A stretch of 63,947 bases of DNA, the filler included, from Reticulomyxa filosa (taxonomy: Eukaryota; Protista; Foraminifera), in assembly GCA_000512085.1 (NCBI GenBank). It is 14 parts of 14 records of this genome, joined end to end, with 100 filler letters (N's around TTAATTAATTAA, not from the genome) between each part and the next. Parts side by side here need not be neighbours in the genome. Positions count along the whole stretch, not along the records: positions 38,809 to 43,081 come from ASPP01028301.1; positions 43,182 to 45,185 come from ASPP01003616.1; positions 45,286 to 46,676 come from ASPP01001827.1; positions 46,777 to 51,378 come from ASPP01003360.1; positions 51,479 to 55,633 come from ASPP01011634.1; 9 more parts are not named here. One strand, written 5' to 3'. The notes under the pieces were generated by a model. It made no database searches, had not been told where the DNA came from, and saw only the letters and a list, made by a program, of their open reading frames with translations. Positions 41,150 through 52,905 of this stretch are shown here, one piece after another. How positions within the stretch are numbered: the first letter of the stretch is position 1; each line of letters starts with the position of its first letter. The translations under genes and the position numbers were made by a program.

Positions 41150-43005
41150 TCATAAGTCAACTTCTTCGTGCTCAGTGCTTTTTTCAGACTCCTTATTATC
41201 TTCTGTCTTTATAGTGGCAAAATTTAGCTGACCAATTGCGGACTGTCCAGCGAGATGTTCTGATGCATTTTCTTCAGAGGCAATAAGCCAATCAAATTTT
41301 GAAAGAAATAGATGCTTGTCGACAACTCGATCACTCACTGCTAATGCGGCAACAAAATCAGTGCCTTGTTGAAATCCATGTTCTGTATCATTCAAATCAA
41401 CTACTTTTCGAGTTAAATGGTTTTGTGCGCAGTTTTTGCATCCACAACATGAAAAGCCGATCCAAGCGCACAGATTTTTTACACTGGCTTCGAGCACGAG
41501 ACCGTGCCTAAATGCCCAAACTCGTAAAGCAGTTAAAAATAGAATCGTCAAAGGCTGCCACACGAAAACAGACCAAAGTAAAGACACGCCAACACTGATT
41601 AACCACTTTTGTGAATCTATTTAGCATACGTATACATAGCATACAACACACTCTAAAGTTATTGGGAGAAAAAAAAAACAACAAAGATATCATTATTTCT
41701 ACCTGGACGACCATCACTTATGTTGTCCGAATGGTGGTTATCATTGAAGTTGAATTGTGCTGCCAGCTGATTTGCAATTTCTGTTACAAAACAAAGGTTT
41801 AGATAAGACTTTGGGGAGAGAGAGTAAGAGGGAGTGACAGTGCAAACAAACCTGTAGCAATATTGTATTGTGCATTGATATGACCACACGGATATTTCTT
41901 TCCCAATTTTTCTTCGTCCGCTTCGTGTTGCAAGTCAAATTGGAGTCCTTTTCTTTTAACATATCAATAACAATAATAAAAAAAAAGCAACTTGCAAAAT
42001 GCAAAGAAGCAAAGAGAACAGAGACAAAAGAGATATAACATGATGACAATTGCAGCACAACCAAGCCAAAGCAAAATGACCAAAATCCAAGAAAATAGCT
42101 TGCACGTATTGGGGAAAGGATATTCATAGTCAAAAATGGTTTTTCGTATCGCATTCAAAACGTCTTTGTGATCCTTTGTGTTATCAAATACATTCATCCA
42201 ATATCAAATCACACCATACATTTACGTGTATATATACATATATATATATATATATCAATAAATGCATATAGTATACGTAGTCACTCCAACTTGTTTGTCC
42301 AGCCTTGCTGAGACAATCGCCTCTTCAGCCAAATTGACGTACACCAGACTTTTGGACTGAGCAATTTTGTCAAGCACTCCTTGATGAGTTGCAAATTTTC
42401 TTTGACTCCTTGGTGAAAAATTCACTTTCATCACTTCCACAAACGATTGCTTTTGAGTGTTGTCGATTAAGTTTGGATTTGTCTTTTTGTCATCCACTTC
42501 GCCCAACTCAATTGTCGAACTCATTACTTCCTTTACCTGCTTCAAATCGGGAGTTCTATGTATTGTTTACAAATAATAAAAAAAAGAGCACTAATGCCAA
42601 TAAATAATACAAAAAAAAAAAACAACAACAACTGACCTTTCCACTTCCTTGGGCTTGCTCCAAGAAAAGAGGATGCGTACAAGAAAGGCGGGTATCGTGG
42701 AAGCCAAGGATACAACCAGCGTGGCGGTTAGTTCGCCGAAATAGGCTTTTTCAGAGCCATAATATAAAGCATCTGCGGCAAGTAATGCGACCATGTACAC
42801 TCCAAACACTGCCATTCGTTGCTTCTCCGAAAAGTTGGTTCCTTGCGAACGTCCACACAGTGCAAATAAGGAATGCTCGGATACTAAATACAACCCATAC
42901 AACGAACAAAAGAAGCCACACGTGGACTTTGAATCTGCTAAATATTGGTTCATGTATAGCACTTCTTTGCCAGATATGTCATTTTCTAATCGCTCATTTC
43001 GAACA
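41150..43005 (-). CDS. Polycystin-1 (PKD1/REJ)-like transmembrane region, multi-exon, 5' truncated
   Basis: EHSLFALC..NFSEKQRMAV..ADALYYG, FPNTCKLFSWIL and WLISVGVSLLWSVFVWQPL match the pattern of PKD1-family TM2-TM5. Confidence 0.65.
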
Positions 43006-43181
43006 TTTCTTTTGTTTTTTTTTTAAAAATTCATAACTATTTATTTGTCTTTTTTTTTTTTTTTTTTAGGTTAGAATAAAGNNNNNNNNNNNNNNNNNNN
43101 NNNNNNNNNNNNNNNNNNNNNNNNNTTAATTAATTAANNNNNNNNNNNNNNNNNNNNNNNNNNNNNNNNNNNNNNNNNNNN

Positions 43182-44445
43182 GCCAAAACAAAAACAAGAG
43201 CAAAAGCAACAACAAAAGCAAAAGCGAAAACGCAACGATCAGCAACGGTGGCTACAGTAGTCCGAACACCAAAAGCATTAACAACAATAACAGTAACAAT
43301 AACAAACGTGGCTGCAATAACAAATACAAATACAAATACGAATACAAATGCAACAACAAAAACCACGACAATAATCACGGCAGCCAAAATCGAAAAGGAC
43401 AGTCAGCACGTGAAATCGCCTTCGACAAAGACGGTGGTAACGCATAACCAAGCGAATAGCACGGCGAGCGATTGCTTGTTGCTGACGTCGTCATTGAACG
43501 CGTCATCGTTGAACGAGGTGTTGGAGAACATGAGCGACGTGGGATCGAGCAGTCCCGTCGCCAGCAAGAAAAGTCCATTGTCAGATCTCGTTCGACAAGA
43601 CCTCATCGTAATGAACGCAATGTCCCTCAGCTCTTCCGACCCTTCCCCTCGTCCCTCTTACATCCGTCCCAGTTGGGATGCGTCCAATAACACCAGCAAC
43701 TCTGTTGCTTCCGAGATCTTGTCCGATTCCGCTTTGGATCAACAGACCCTTGTCGAGAGAGATATTCATAAAGAGGTTTGGGGACTTTACGATCTCTTCA
43801 TTCATCCTAATGGCAACAAACAAGTTTCACTTTTTTTTTTTTTTTTAAACGTCATGCATGTATACGTATATACCTATGTATGTGTATATACGTATGCACA
43901 CTTCTAGTGTGCGCAATTAACAACAGTTTTATTATTATTTATTTATTTTTATTTATGCACGCATCAAAAAAAAAAAAAAAAAGGTGAATGTTGGATATGA
44001 CGTGGCCAGAAATGTCCGCTATAATGTTCATCACATGGATTCGTTGCCGAGCAAGGTGCATATATTTGACCAAGCGGTGGAGCAAATCTTGCGATTGATT
44101 CGGTCGTCGATTTTGACCAACTTTTACAGCTCGATGGAGTTTTATGCGGTGTCGAAACGGAGAGAAAAGAAGCGCATTCTTTTCAAGTCGCACTTGTCGA
44201 CGGGCCGTCTTCCTCGTGTTGGTAGTTGCCACTCTAACCACAAACTTTCGTCCACGTCTGCCATCTCTTCCTTGACAGATTTGTTGTTCCAATCGTCCGA
44301 GGAAGATCACGACGCCTATCACGATCATGACTACGATCATGGTTATGACAACGACAATGATCATAACCATGACCATGATAACGACAATGATGAGGATCAC
44401 AACTACTCCTTCCAATATGCTTGTCAATACCAAACGTCCAAATAA
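43182..44445 (+). CDS. RGS-domain protein, C-terminal part; intron 43824-43983
   Basis: LYDLFIHPNGNKQ|VNVG..IFDQAVEQILRLIRSSILTNFYSS matches the C-terminal RGS helices. H/D-rich tail. Confidence 0.75.
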
Positions 44446-45285
44446 TTATGTCTTCTTTTTGTTTTATTTTGTTTTCCTTTTTATGGAAAATAGCCACCTC
44501 ATTTTGCATTATTACTTTTCAAAGATGTCAATTTCTAACACGTCAGAGAAAAAAAAAAAAAAAAAAGCAAACGAAGAAAAGATCTTTTTTCTCTTTTGTA
44601 TTTTTTCCCATTATAGAAGTTGCTAAAACTTGTTTATCTACTTTGTGTGTGTGTGTGTTTTTCTTAGCCGTTTTTTTTTTTTTTTTTTTTAGTTTACATG
44701 TTTTTCCCTCTTCTCTCTCTCTCTCTTGTTTTTTCAGATATTCCTCTTTCTGATTTTTTTTTTCAAGACTGATCTGAGTGATCTTGTTGTGTGTATTTCT
44801 CTATTTTTTTTTAAGACTTTTTTTTCTGTGAGTTGGGTTTGACGAACAGAAATTTTTAGTTTTTCTATGATTCTTATTTATTTGGTGTGTATTACTTTTC
44901 TGTTTTTAGACGAGAATTATCATTTGTTTGTTCTGTCTAGTTTTGTTTTTAATTTATTTATTTTTTCTTGTTATATTCTGTGCTTATGGGTTTCAGTATT
45001 ATGGTCTTTGCTTATATTTCCCTTTGTTGAATATTTCAATTAACAAACAAGACATAACAAATATACTAATACAGTTGATGAATTTATGTTCATGTCATTA
45101 TGTAACTCTATCCAATCTTTATTTCCTTACTGTTGTCAGCACAGTAAGATAAATGTGTAGATAATAATTCCATATCTTTTTTTTTNNNNNNNNNNNNNNN
45201 NNNNNNNNNNNNNNNNNNNNNNNNNNNNNTTAATTAATTAANNNNNNNNNNNNNNNNNNNNNNNNNNNNNNNNNNNNNNNNNNNN

Positions 45286-45490
45286 AAACTACTAACCTGT
45301 TTCTGCATCAATTTTATGGGGCAAGGACACTTTAAATGAAGCAAAAGTCATCATAGAAAATTGGCGTAAACATTACAATGAAATTAGGCCTCACAGCTCC
45401 TTATATTACAGACCTCCAGCACCAAAACCCATGATCTCCAATTTACTTTATTACTAACTTAAAACTGGACTACTTATCGGGGGCTTGACA
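45286..45490 (+). mobile_element. IS3-family remnant: transposase C-terminus and right end, preceded by a second IS3-like right end (45292-45329)
   Basis: TLNEAKVIIENWRKHYNEIRPHSSLYYRPPAP* is an integrase-core tail. Ends ...GGGGGCTTGACA (45490) and ...GGGGCAAGGACA (45329). Confidence 0.8.
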
Positions 45491-45758
45491 CTTTAGGCTT
45501 TTTAATTAAGTTCAAACAGTTGCTTCAAAATAAATTTTAGCAATCGATGTACTTATTCTAATTATATAAATGAGACAATTCCATTTTAATTTCTAAACTA
45601 AGGCGGAGTAGCTTCCTGATATTATGGGTATTCATTAAATAGAACCCTTATCTAGTTACTTTAGATAATATGTACACCATTGCGCCAGTTTTATAGATAA
45701 CTTATTTTAATTTCGTAGTTAAAAACCAAAATATTAAGCTTTAAAGCATAATTTACAC

Positions 45759-45788
45759 TTGCATTATTACTACGCCAATGGTATAGTA
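45759..45788 (+). promoter_or_regulatory. sigma70-type promoter (TTGCAT-17bp-TATAGT) with overlapping inverted-repeat operator
   Basis: -35 at 45759-45764 and -10 at 45782-45787. Imperfect palindrome TACTACGCCA-A-TGGTATAGTA at 45768-45788. Confidence 0.75.
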
Positions 45789-45793
45789 TAAAT

Positions 45794-46126
45794 ATGACCC
45801 ATAAAACCATTACAATTTATGAGTTTCCTGATTTTATAAAGCGCATTAAAAAGCTATTAAAACCAGAAGAACTTAAAGAAATGAGAGAATATATAGCAGC
45901 GTACCCAGAGAAAGGTAATGTCATTCCTGGAACGGGTGGGATTAGGAAGATGCGTTGGGCCATTGGTGGAAAAGGCAAAAGAGGAGGAGCTAGAGTTATT
46001 TACTATTACCATTTTACTGACTCTGAGGTACTTTCGCTTACTGTATATGTAAAAAATGAGAAAGGAGATCTGACTGCTGAGGACAAAAAGTTTTTGAAGA
46101 AATTAATAACGGAATATTTAAAATGA
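45794..46126 (+). CDS. higB: HigB2-like RelE/ParE-superfamily toxin (bacterial)
   Basis: GNVIPGTGGIRKMRW..GKGKRGGARVIYYY..LTVYVKNEKGDL signature. Intronless; its stop overlaps the next ATG (ATGA). Confidence 0.9.
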   Translation: MTHKTITIYEFPDFIKRIKKLLKPEELKEMREYIAAYPEKGNVIPGTGGIRKMRWAIGGKGKRGGARVIYYYHFTDSEVLSLTVYVKNEKGDLTAEDKKFLKKLITEYLK

Positions 46127-46490
46127 AAGAGAGAACTATGATTAAAAATAAAGTAAGAAATGAAATTAAACTAAGCCCATTAGCTAAAAGTATTGCGCGT
46201 GGGTTAAGGAAAGCTATAGCTCGTAAAAGGGAAGGCCTGTAAAAATAGCTACTCATAAGATACCCATTATTCCAGACAAGGTTGATGTGAAATCAATTCG
46301 TAAGAAGCTTCGTATGACGCAAGAAGAGTTTACCCAATTTGGTTTTACTATTGCTTCGATTCGTAATTGGGAGAGCCATAGACGTACTCCAGAGGGTCCA
46401 GCAAGAATACTACTAAAAGTAATTGAGAAGAATCCAAAGGCTGTAACTGGAGCTTTAGATGTCATTAGCAAAAAAGGCGCTTCATTTTAA
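46123..46490 (+). CDS. higA: HigA2-like XRE/HTH antitoxin, split by a frameshift at ~46225-46231 (39-aa N-part 46123-46242; HTH part to 46490)
   Basis: The N-helix LAKSIARGLRKAIA and the HTH VDVKSIRKKLRMTQEEF..IRNWE..RRTPEGPARILLKVIEKNP lie in different frames. Removing one base from AAAAGGG restores a single ORF. Confidence 0.85.
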
Positions 46491-46776
46491 TCAAGCTTTC
46501 CATCTGTTATAAAATTAGCTTGCTATTAAAACATATCATATAAAGGGGGTTTGAAAGTAAAAATGAATTTGAATGAGTATGAGAATACGGGTTATCAAGT
46601 ATATCAAGATTTCTCGGAAGTAATTAAAAATCTAGAGAGTCTTTACCAATAGGTAGTTATACCATTTCCTGAAGTTNNNNNNNNNNNNNNNNNNNNNNNN
46701 NNNNNNNNNNNNNNNNNNNNTTAATTAATTAANNNNNNNNNNNNNNNNNNNNNNNNNNNNNNNNNNNNNNNNNNNN

Positions 46777-46813
<37 letters not shown>

Positions 46814-46883
46814 GGAGGGGAACACGGAAGGTGAAGCATTATTGTCTCTTACATATTTGTTTTGTTGGCAATATTTGTTGCAG

Positions 46884-47835
46884 AGGAGGCAGTAATGGCA
46901 AACGGCACGAAGATTTACTTCCGAGGGTTTCGCAACCTGCAGGCCTTGCTGGACGAGCTGTTGAACAACTTTGGCTTAGACCAAGCAGCACAAGTTGTCA
47001 TTGGCGGTTGCAGCGCAGGCGGTCTGGCGACATACCTGCATGTTTCGTACATATATGAAGTGTTGCAAGAGAACAATGAGCAGCTGAAAAACTTTGCCGC
47101 TTTGCCGGACAGTGGTTTCTTTTTGGAATACGAAACCACTGCTAAAAAATATGTCACTGGTATTTTTTTGATTTACTTACTTTTTTTTTTTTTTTTTTGA
47201 TTAGTTTTGAAAAAAAAAAAATGATTTACGTCAAAAAAATATGCATGTGACAAATTGATAGGAATGCTGTGGGTATTTGAAAATCAAAATTGCACCGGAG
47301 GTGTGGACCAAAAGTGCATTCAGGCACATACGAAAACGGGTGACACGTGGCAATGCATATTTGCGCAAGGATCGGCTCCTTTCATTGAAGTCCCCGTGTT
47401 CGCCTTGCAGTCTCGATTCGACTCCTGGCAATTGCAAAACATTTTGGGCAATACCGATAATACCACTCTGGTGAACCAATACGGGGACACGCTCGCTAGT
47501 ACTTTTAATGGAACGTATCTGGAAACAAATCGGTCGTTGCATGGAGCGTTATGTGTACTTGTATTTTTCCATATTATTATGATTCTATACACATTTATTT
47601 ATTTTTGGTATGTTTTTTGTTATTTGGAACTTTGTTTGAATTGTGGTGTACTTTCCTTGTTTGCACGTACAGATTACTCGACTCGTGTTATCATCATTGC
47701 GGAGAATGGGATGATATCGTGGTCAACAATATGGATGCTACTCAAATGTTTTATGATGTGTATTACAAACAAACCAAGCAAAACTTTTGGTATCAACAAC
47801 ATCCTTATCCATGTCAATCATGTTGCAGTCCTTGA
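46884..47835 (+). CDS. Pectin acetylesterase / Notum-like carboxylesterase, 3' part, multi-exon
   Basis: Motifs YFRG, GCSAGG (nucleophile), DSGFFL, FDSWQL and DSCYHHC. Confidence 0.85.
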
Positions 47836-50800
47836 TAGCCTTGCTCTTCAAATACAAAAATAATTTTCAACTTATTTTTTTTTTTTTTTTATCTCCCACA
47901 ACGTGATTAATTCAAAAAGATATTTGCATTTTGTATACACCTACTTGTCATTCAAAAATATAATTAAACTTCAATAGATACAATCTTTGTTTTTTCAACT
48001 AAAAATGATTCGAACAAACGCAAACCTTTGGTTTTCACTTAAATTTTGCTGTATAATTTATTAATATAAATCTTTTAACAAAGAAGAGCTGATTACACAA
48101 CTGACAAAGAAGCTTCACCAATTACACTATATGCCGAATATCAATTAATTTAAATTGACTAATGTATTATTTGCAATTTTGACGTGATGTTAATACAAGA
48201 AGGATAGTTGCCGTTTATTACAAAAATAACATGAGACTGTATTGACAGAATTATTCCGAATAGTTTCAAGTGGAGTTTTAAAAAGTAGTTTCACTAAAAC
48301 ACGAATTCTTAGTTTTGCTGTAACATGCTGTTTCTACACAATACAAGAGAAAGTTTTTGTTGTGATTTTTTTTTCTCAGGGGACAAACAAATTAAGTTGA
48401 CAATATTTATAATATATCCATTTGTTGGATGGTTTTAGTTTTTTGTTGGTATGTCTATTGAAACGGCTAAATCACTTTTGTGCTTTGACAGCATGAACAA
48501 TTATTTGAACTTATGTACATTTTGTTTGGCGTAAGAAAAAACCAACATAAGAAAAGTTAGCGGACAAAATGGACCAACAGTTAGTTTTGTATTTTATCAA
48601 AAAGGATTTTGAGAAAAAAGCGAATAAAAAGGGCTGATATGTTGGGTGAAGTAGGACATAGCATATGATAGGTATCATTATTTTATGAAAGATGCTTTTC
48701 AATGGCGATATGTTTACACATGACTGACACACGAATCCAAAACAAAGATAACGAATGTGTAAGTAGACATTGCAAATGGACGGGACAAAGAAAGACGATA
48801 GCTTTCGCTGTGTAACTTGGACTGTGGAATATGTTGGAATGTAGCTATCTAGTTATATAATTGTTTCTAGCTAAAGAAATATATTTTGTTTTTGATATTA
48901 TTATTAAAGATAAAGCAAATGACATACACAATGTATATTTTTACGTGATTGAACAAATTCAAAAGCTAGTAGTTTTTTTTATTTACGTATTAACAGAAAG
49001 TGCTGAAATTGTGTTTTTTGCAGATCAGCTTAGTATGTATACGGACTTGTGAAATTCCGAAAATATAATTGTTATATTTAAGAAAGTGTTCTAATTAACT
49101 TACACAAGACTTGCGACCACATTGCAAATACAGTATCATATTACAGTACATTTACGCAAACGCACAAGCAAAGTGAAAGATTTGGCCGACGGCGAGACAA
49201 TGTTATGAAAGATGAATAGAATGACTATAGTAGCAGTTTGCTAACTTTTCATTGCGAGCAAACCTGGTAACTGAATGTCAGTTTATTATAGTGTATTTGC
49301 AGTTGAACATGCTGAATTTGTATGTGGTAATAGTAGCACATTTTCAAATGGAAAAGAAGCAATGGCAAAGGTATTATATGACTTTAGAAAGCGAGAAGCA
49401 AACATTGTATTGCAGCTGTTGAACGTATTATATTAGCAAGACAACAGTAAATGTCAGATCAAATAAAAGCTCAATTAGAAATTCAATACGGTGGTCACTT
49501 TAATGTCGAAATCGAGACTTAATCAGCAAAAGACAAATAGACCTTGTAGAAGGGGAAGCTGTATTACAATGCCAGATTTTGACTAAGTCGCTAATCAAAC
49601 AGTTTTTGGAGCTTCCATTCGATTGCAAAATTGATTAGTTGGAAAGTTTAAAACATATAGGTGACATTATTTAATCAACATTTGCACAACTAACGCAAAT
49701 GAGATTGATGAAAAGGATTGTTTTGCACACGCTGCTGAAGATGAAAAAATACAGATGGAGTAAATACTATGTAATATGTAAATTGAAGTCAAAAAGAAAA
49801 AAGAAATGATTGAACACAAACTAAACAAGAACTGAAAAACAAAAAAATAAACTACATAATTGTTTAAGCATGAGTTAAAACTTTTAGCAAAGTGGAAAAA
49901 CATAAAGAATACTATTTATAAAAGTAATGAACAAATATGATATAAAACAAATTTTTTCCAAATCTAAAAAATACGACTGTACAAACATATAAAGAAGACA
50001 AAATGGTGAAAGCAAAATGAAAAAGTAAATTAATAAAATACAATCAAACGAAGACTAGCTCTTAGAATTAACAAAACGGCAAAAAAAATGAGTTGCAATG
50101 AAAATCGAACAATTATTGAATATTTGAAAAATACAAAATGAATAATTGTAAATTTTTATGACAAAGTAACAAATAGTAAATGAAAAAATACTTGTAGTAA
50201 CTTGAATAAATATAACAAAGAAAGAACAACACAAAAAATAAATGTAAGTATTGTAATAAAATTTTTTATTCTAAAATGAAATATATTGACAAATTAACAA
50301 AAAGTTATATAACTAGTTTTTTTATTTGTAAACTAAAAGATACGATAACGGATAATACATAAATTAAGAATATATGTAAATATATTATATTGAAACATAT
50401 ACAAGCACTAATACAAACATGCAATCAACATAATGGAAATAAGTCATGACTATAAATACTATAATCAAGAAAGCTATAAAAAATATTCAACATTCTAAAG
50501 AATGATTGTGATTGACAAAGTGATAATGAATATATTATGCTGACGTTATATGGAACAACATATGAAGAACAAAATGTTTATGAAAATATTGCAAACACAA
50601 TAATATTATGTCATAAATGGTAATATTATAATACACAAAATATGTGACAATGAAACATATAACAGTAACATTACTGAAAATAAAATATTGATATAAATGG
50701 AAAAAATTCGATGAAGAAAAAAGAATAAAATTGTATTGAATGAATTAGTCTGATAATTGGATATAGTAAATTTGATGAAATGAAAAAATTTTTTTGATGA

Positions 50801-51013
50801 TATGGAGAATATTTTAATTGATATCAAATTAAGTTTTCATAATAGAAACATTATGATTCAATATATATTGTATAAATGTACAAACTTGAATGTATTTGAA
50901 ATTTGTTTATATAGATCATTATTATACTTTTTCATTTTTCTAATCATTCAAAACTCATTTGAACACTTTTAATCGAAAATACACTAAAAAATATTTTCAA
51001 AAAAATTTAGATG

Positions 51014-51243
51014 CTAATATCTTGTGTAGACATCTTTAACTTTTTTCAGATCTTTGACCATGTAAACCATGCTACTAATTAATTTTTAACAGAATTTTGC
51101 TGCAATTTTTTTACATTCTTCTTGAACAATTTCTAATATGTTTTCACTTTTGATTCGACAATCAAGTTCATTCCACAGATTCTCCATTGGATTTATATCA
51201 GTGATTTTGCAGGCCACAGAAAAATATTAATTTCATTTTCTTT
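51014..51243 (-). pseudogene. Tc1-like DDE transposase C-terminal relic
   Basis: WPAKS/DINPMENLWNEL..EECKKI..C*KLISSM..TRY* matches Tc1 WPSQSPDLNPIENLW..KLIxSM..TKY. Contains a frameshift and an internal stop. Confidence 0.75.
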
Positions 51244-51321
51244 TATAGTAGATTGCAAAAAAAACTGACATACATAAATGGCATTATATGAAGAGAATCG
51301 GTTTTCTCCATGAAAAATAAA
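51244..51321 (+). mobile_element. Tc1/mariner-type TIR copy abutting the transposase relic
   Basis: TA|TAGTAGATTGCAAAAAAAACTG...TTTTCTCCATGAAAAATAAA matches the 40712-40789 copy. Confidence 0.6.
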
Positions 51322-51573
51322 GATTTAAACCTAATTTTTTTTTAAAAAAATATATAATAATCTTGTAGTTTTTAAATANNNNNNNNNNNNNNNNNNNNNN
51401 NNNNNNNNNNNNNNNNNNNNNNTTAATTAATTAANNNNNNNNNNNNNNNNNNNNNNNNNNNNNNNNNNNNNNNNNNNNAAACCGTGCAGCGTGATACGTA
51501 CTAACGTATACGAAATATATATATTTTAAAAAAAAAAAAAACAATACACACACACACACACATATGAATTTAG

Positions 51574-52067
51574 AACTCGAACGTGAAGTGCTTGAATGCA
51601 AGGCTCGACTGCAAATGGAGTTGAAAGGCATGATCGAAGAGGTTGATATAAAATTCAAAGAGTTTGAAATGCAGCTAGACCGATGTTTGATGAAGCAATG
51701 CCTGCGAGTTCAAAAACACAGACAAGTAATTGAGGTGTATCAAACACAAACACGACTCCATCGATTAGAGGACGAAGATGAAAACAGCCCAAAGGCAGTT
51801 CACAAAGACTCTTGTGCCTCTTTTTACCAGGAGGAAGAAACTGTCAACACAGACGGCAGTGATGACAATCCTAGTGCTACTGCGAAACACAAAAATAAAT
51901 CAAATCGACACACAAACGATGGCAAAGATACTACAAATAATGTCGGTGCCATTGAATCCAAAATTACCAGTGAACAAAAGCTTATCGAGAAAATTTCAAT
52001 GGAAAAAGAGTTTGAACAATTTCATCAAAAAGTCTCTTTGTTAAATGAATGGGTCAATACGTTGTAA
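51574..52067 (+). CDS. Coiled-coil hypothetical protein, terminal exon
   Basis: AG acceptor at 51572-51573, then an E/K-rich ORF to the stop at 52067. Confidence 0.55.
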
Positions 52068-52542
52068 TATATTAACCGTATGCAAATATATACACATATA
52101 TTTTTTTTTTGGTGTTTTTTAATACTTTTTGTATTATCTTTGTTTTTTGCCTTGTTTGCTTGTTCTGTCATTGTTTGATTTTGTGGAGTGTTCTTTGGAT
52201 AATGGATAGAGCACCTCTTTTTTTTATGAATTTGAAAAATATTTCAACAGTTTAGGGCTTCAAAAAATTCTCTTTGAAATCCCTATCCGGTTGCCTTGCC
52301 TTTGTGGCTTTAATATGTTTAGTAAACATGTTTGTAGCGCATTCTATGGATTGTTAAACTCTTTGATTAGTATGTTCCGTCTCTCCATTGCGTTTATCAA
52401 AAATTTTTAAAAACTGACATAAACTATTTAAGATGATTAAAGCTTTTCCTTTAATTGGTTTGTTCGTCTAAGTTCAGCTGAAGTTCAAGATTTTCCCCTC
52501 GTTTTCTGCCATTGCTTCAACAATTCATTGAATCTATCCAAA

Positions 52543-52905
52543 ATGGCTTCAGCAGGACAGATTGAAGCACCAAAGATTGTTAATTTACGATTCGAAGTGA
52601 AAGGAGTTGTTCAAGGTGTGAGTTTCAGAGAGCTTTTGAAGAAAAAATGCGACGCATTGGGTGTGTGTGGATGGGTGCAAAACACAAGCTTCGAAGAGGG
52701 TAGTGTATTAGGTGAATTGCAAGGAACTAGTCATCAAATTGACGAAATGAAATGTTTTCTCGCCCAAGGAATCCATGATTTTCCAAAAGAAAAGGAAAAA
52801 TCCAAAAAATTGAAAGTTGAAAAATATGCATTTGAAGAAACACCCATTGAAAAAGTCACAATACGTACTTTTTTGATCCTTGATCACTTCAGATTGTTGA
52901 AGTAA
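52543..52905 (+). CDS. ACYP: Acylphosphatase
   Basis: FEVKGVVQGVSFR and GWVQNT..GSVLGELQG signature motifs. Confidence 0.9.
   Translation: MASAGQIEAPKIVNLRFEVKGVVQGVSFRELLKKKCDALGVCGWVQNTSFEEGSVLGELQGTSHQIDEMKCFLAQGIHDFPKEKEKSKKLKVEKYAFEETPIEKVTIRTFLILDHFRLLK

Noticed and set aside
45286-46676. Horizontal transfer of a TA system into the protist genome
   Set aside because: The contig has no eukaryotic flanks, so co-sequenced bacterial DNA is the simpler explanation.
51290-51320. FMEKTDSLH as the second catalytic Asp motif of the Tc1 transposase
   Set aside because: This stretch lies within the TIR-like repeat shared with 40712-40789, so it is not transposase coding sequence.
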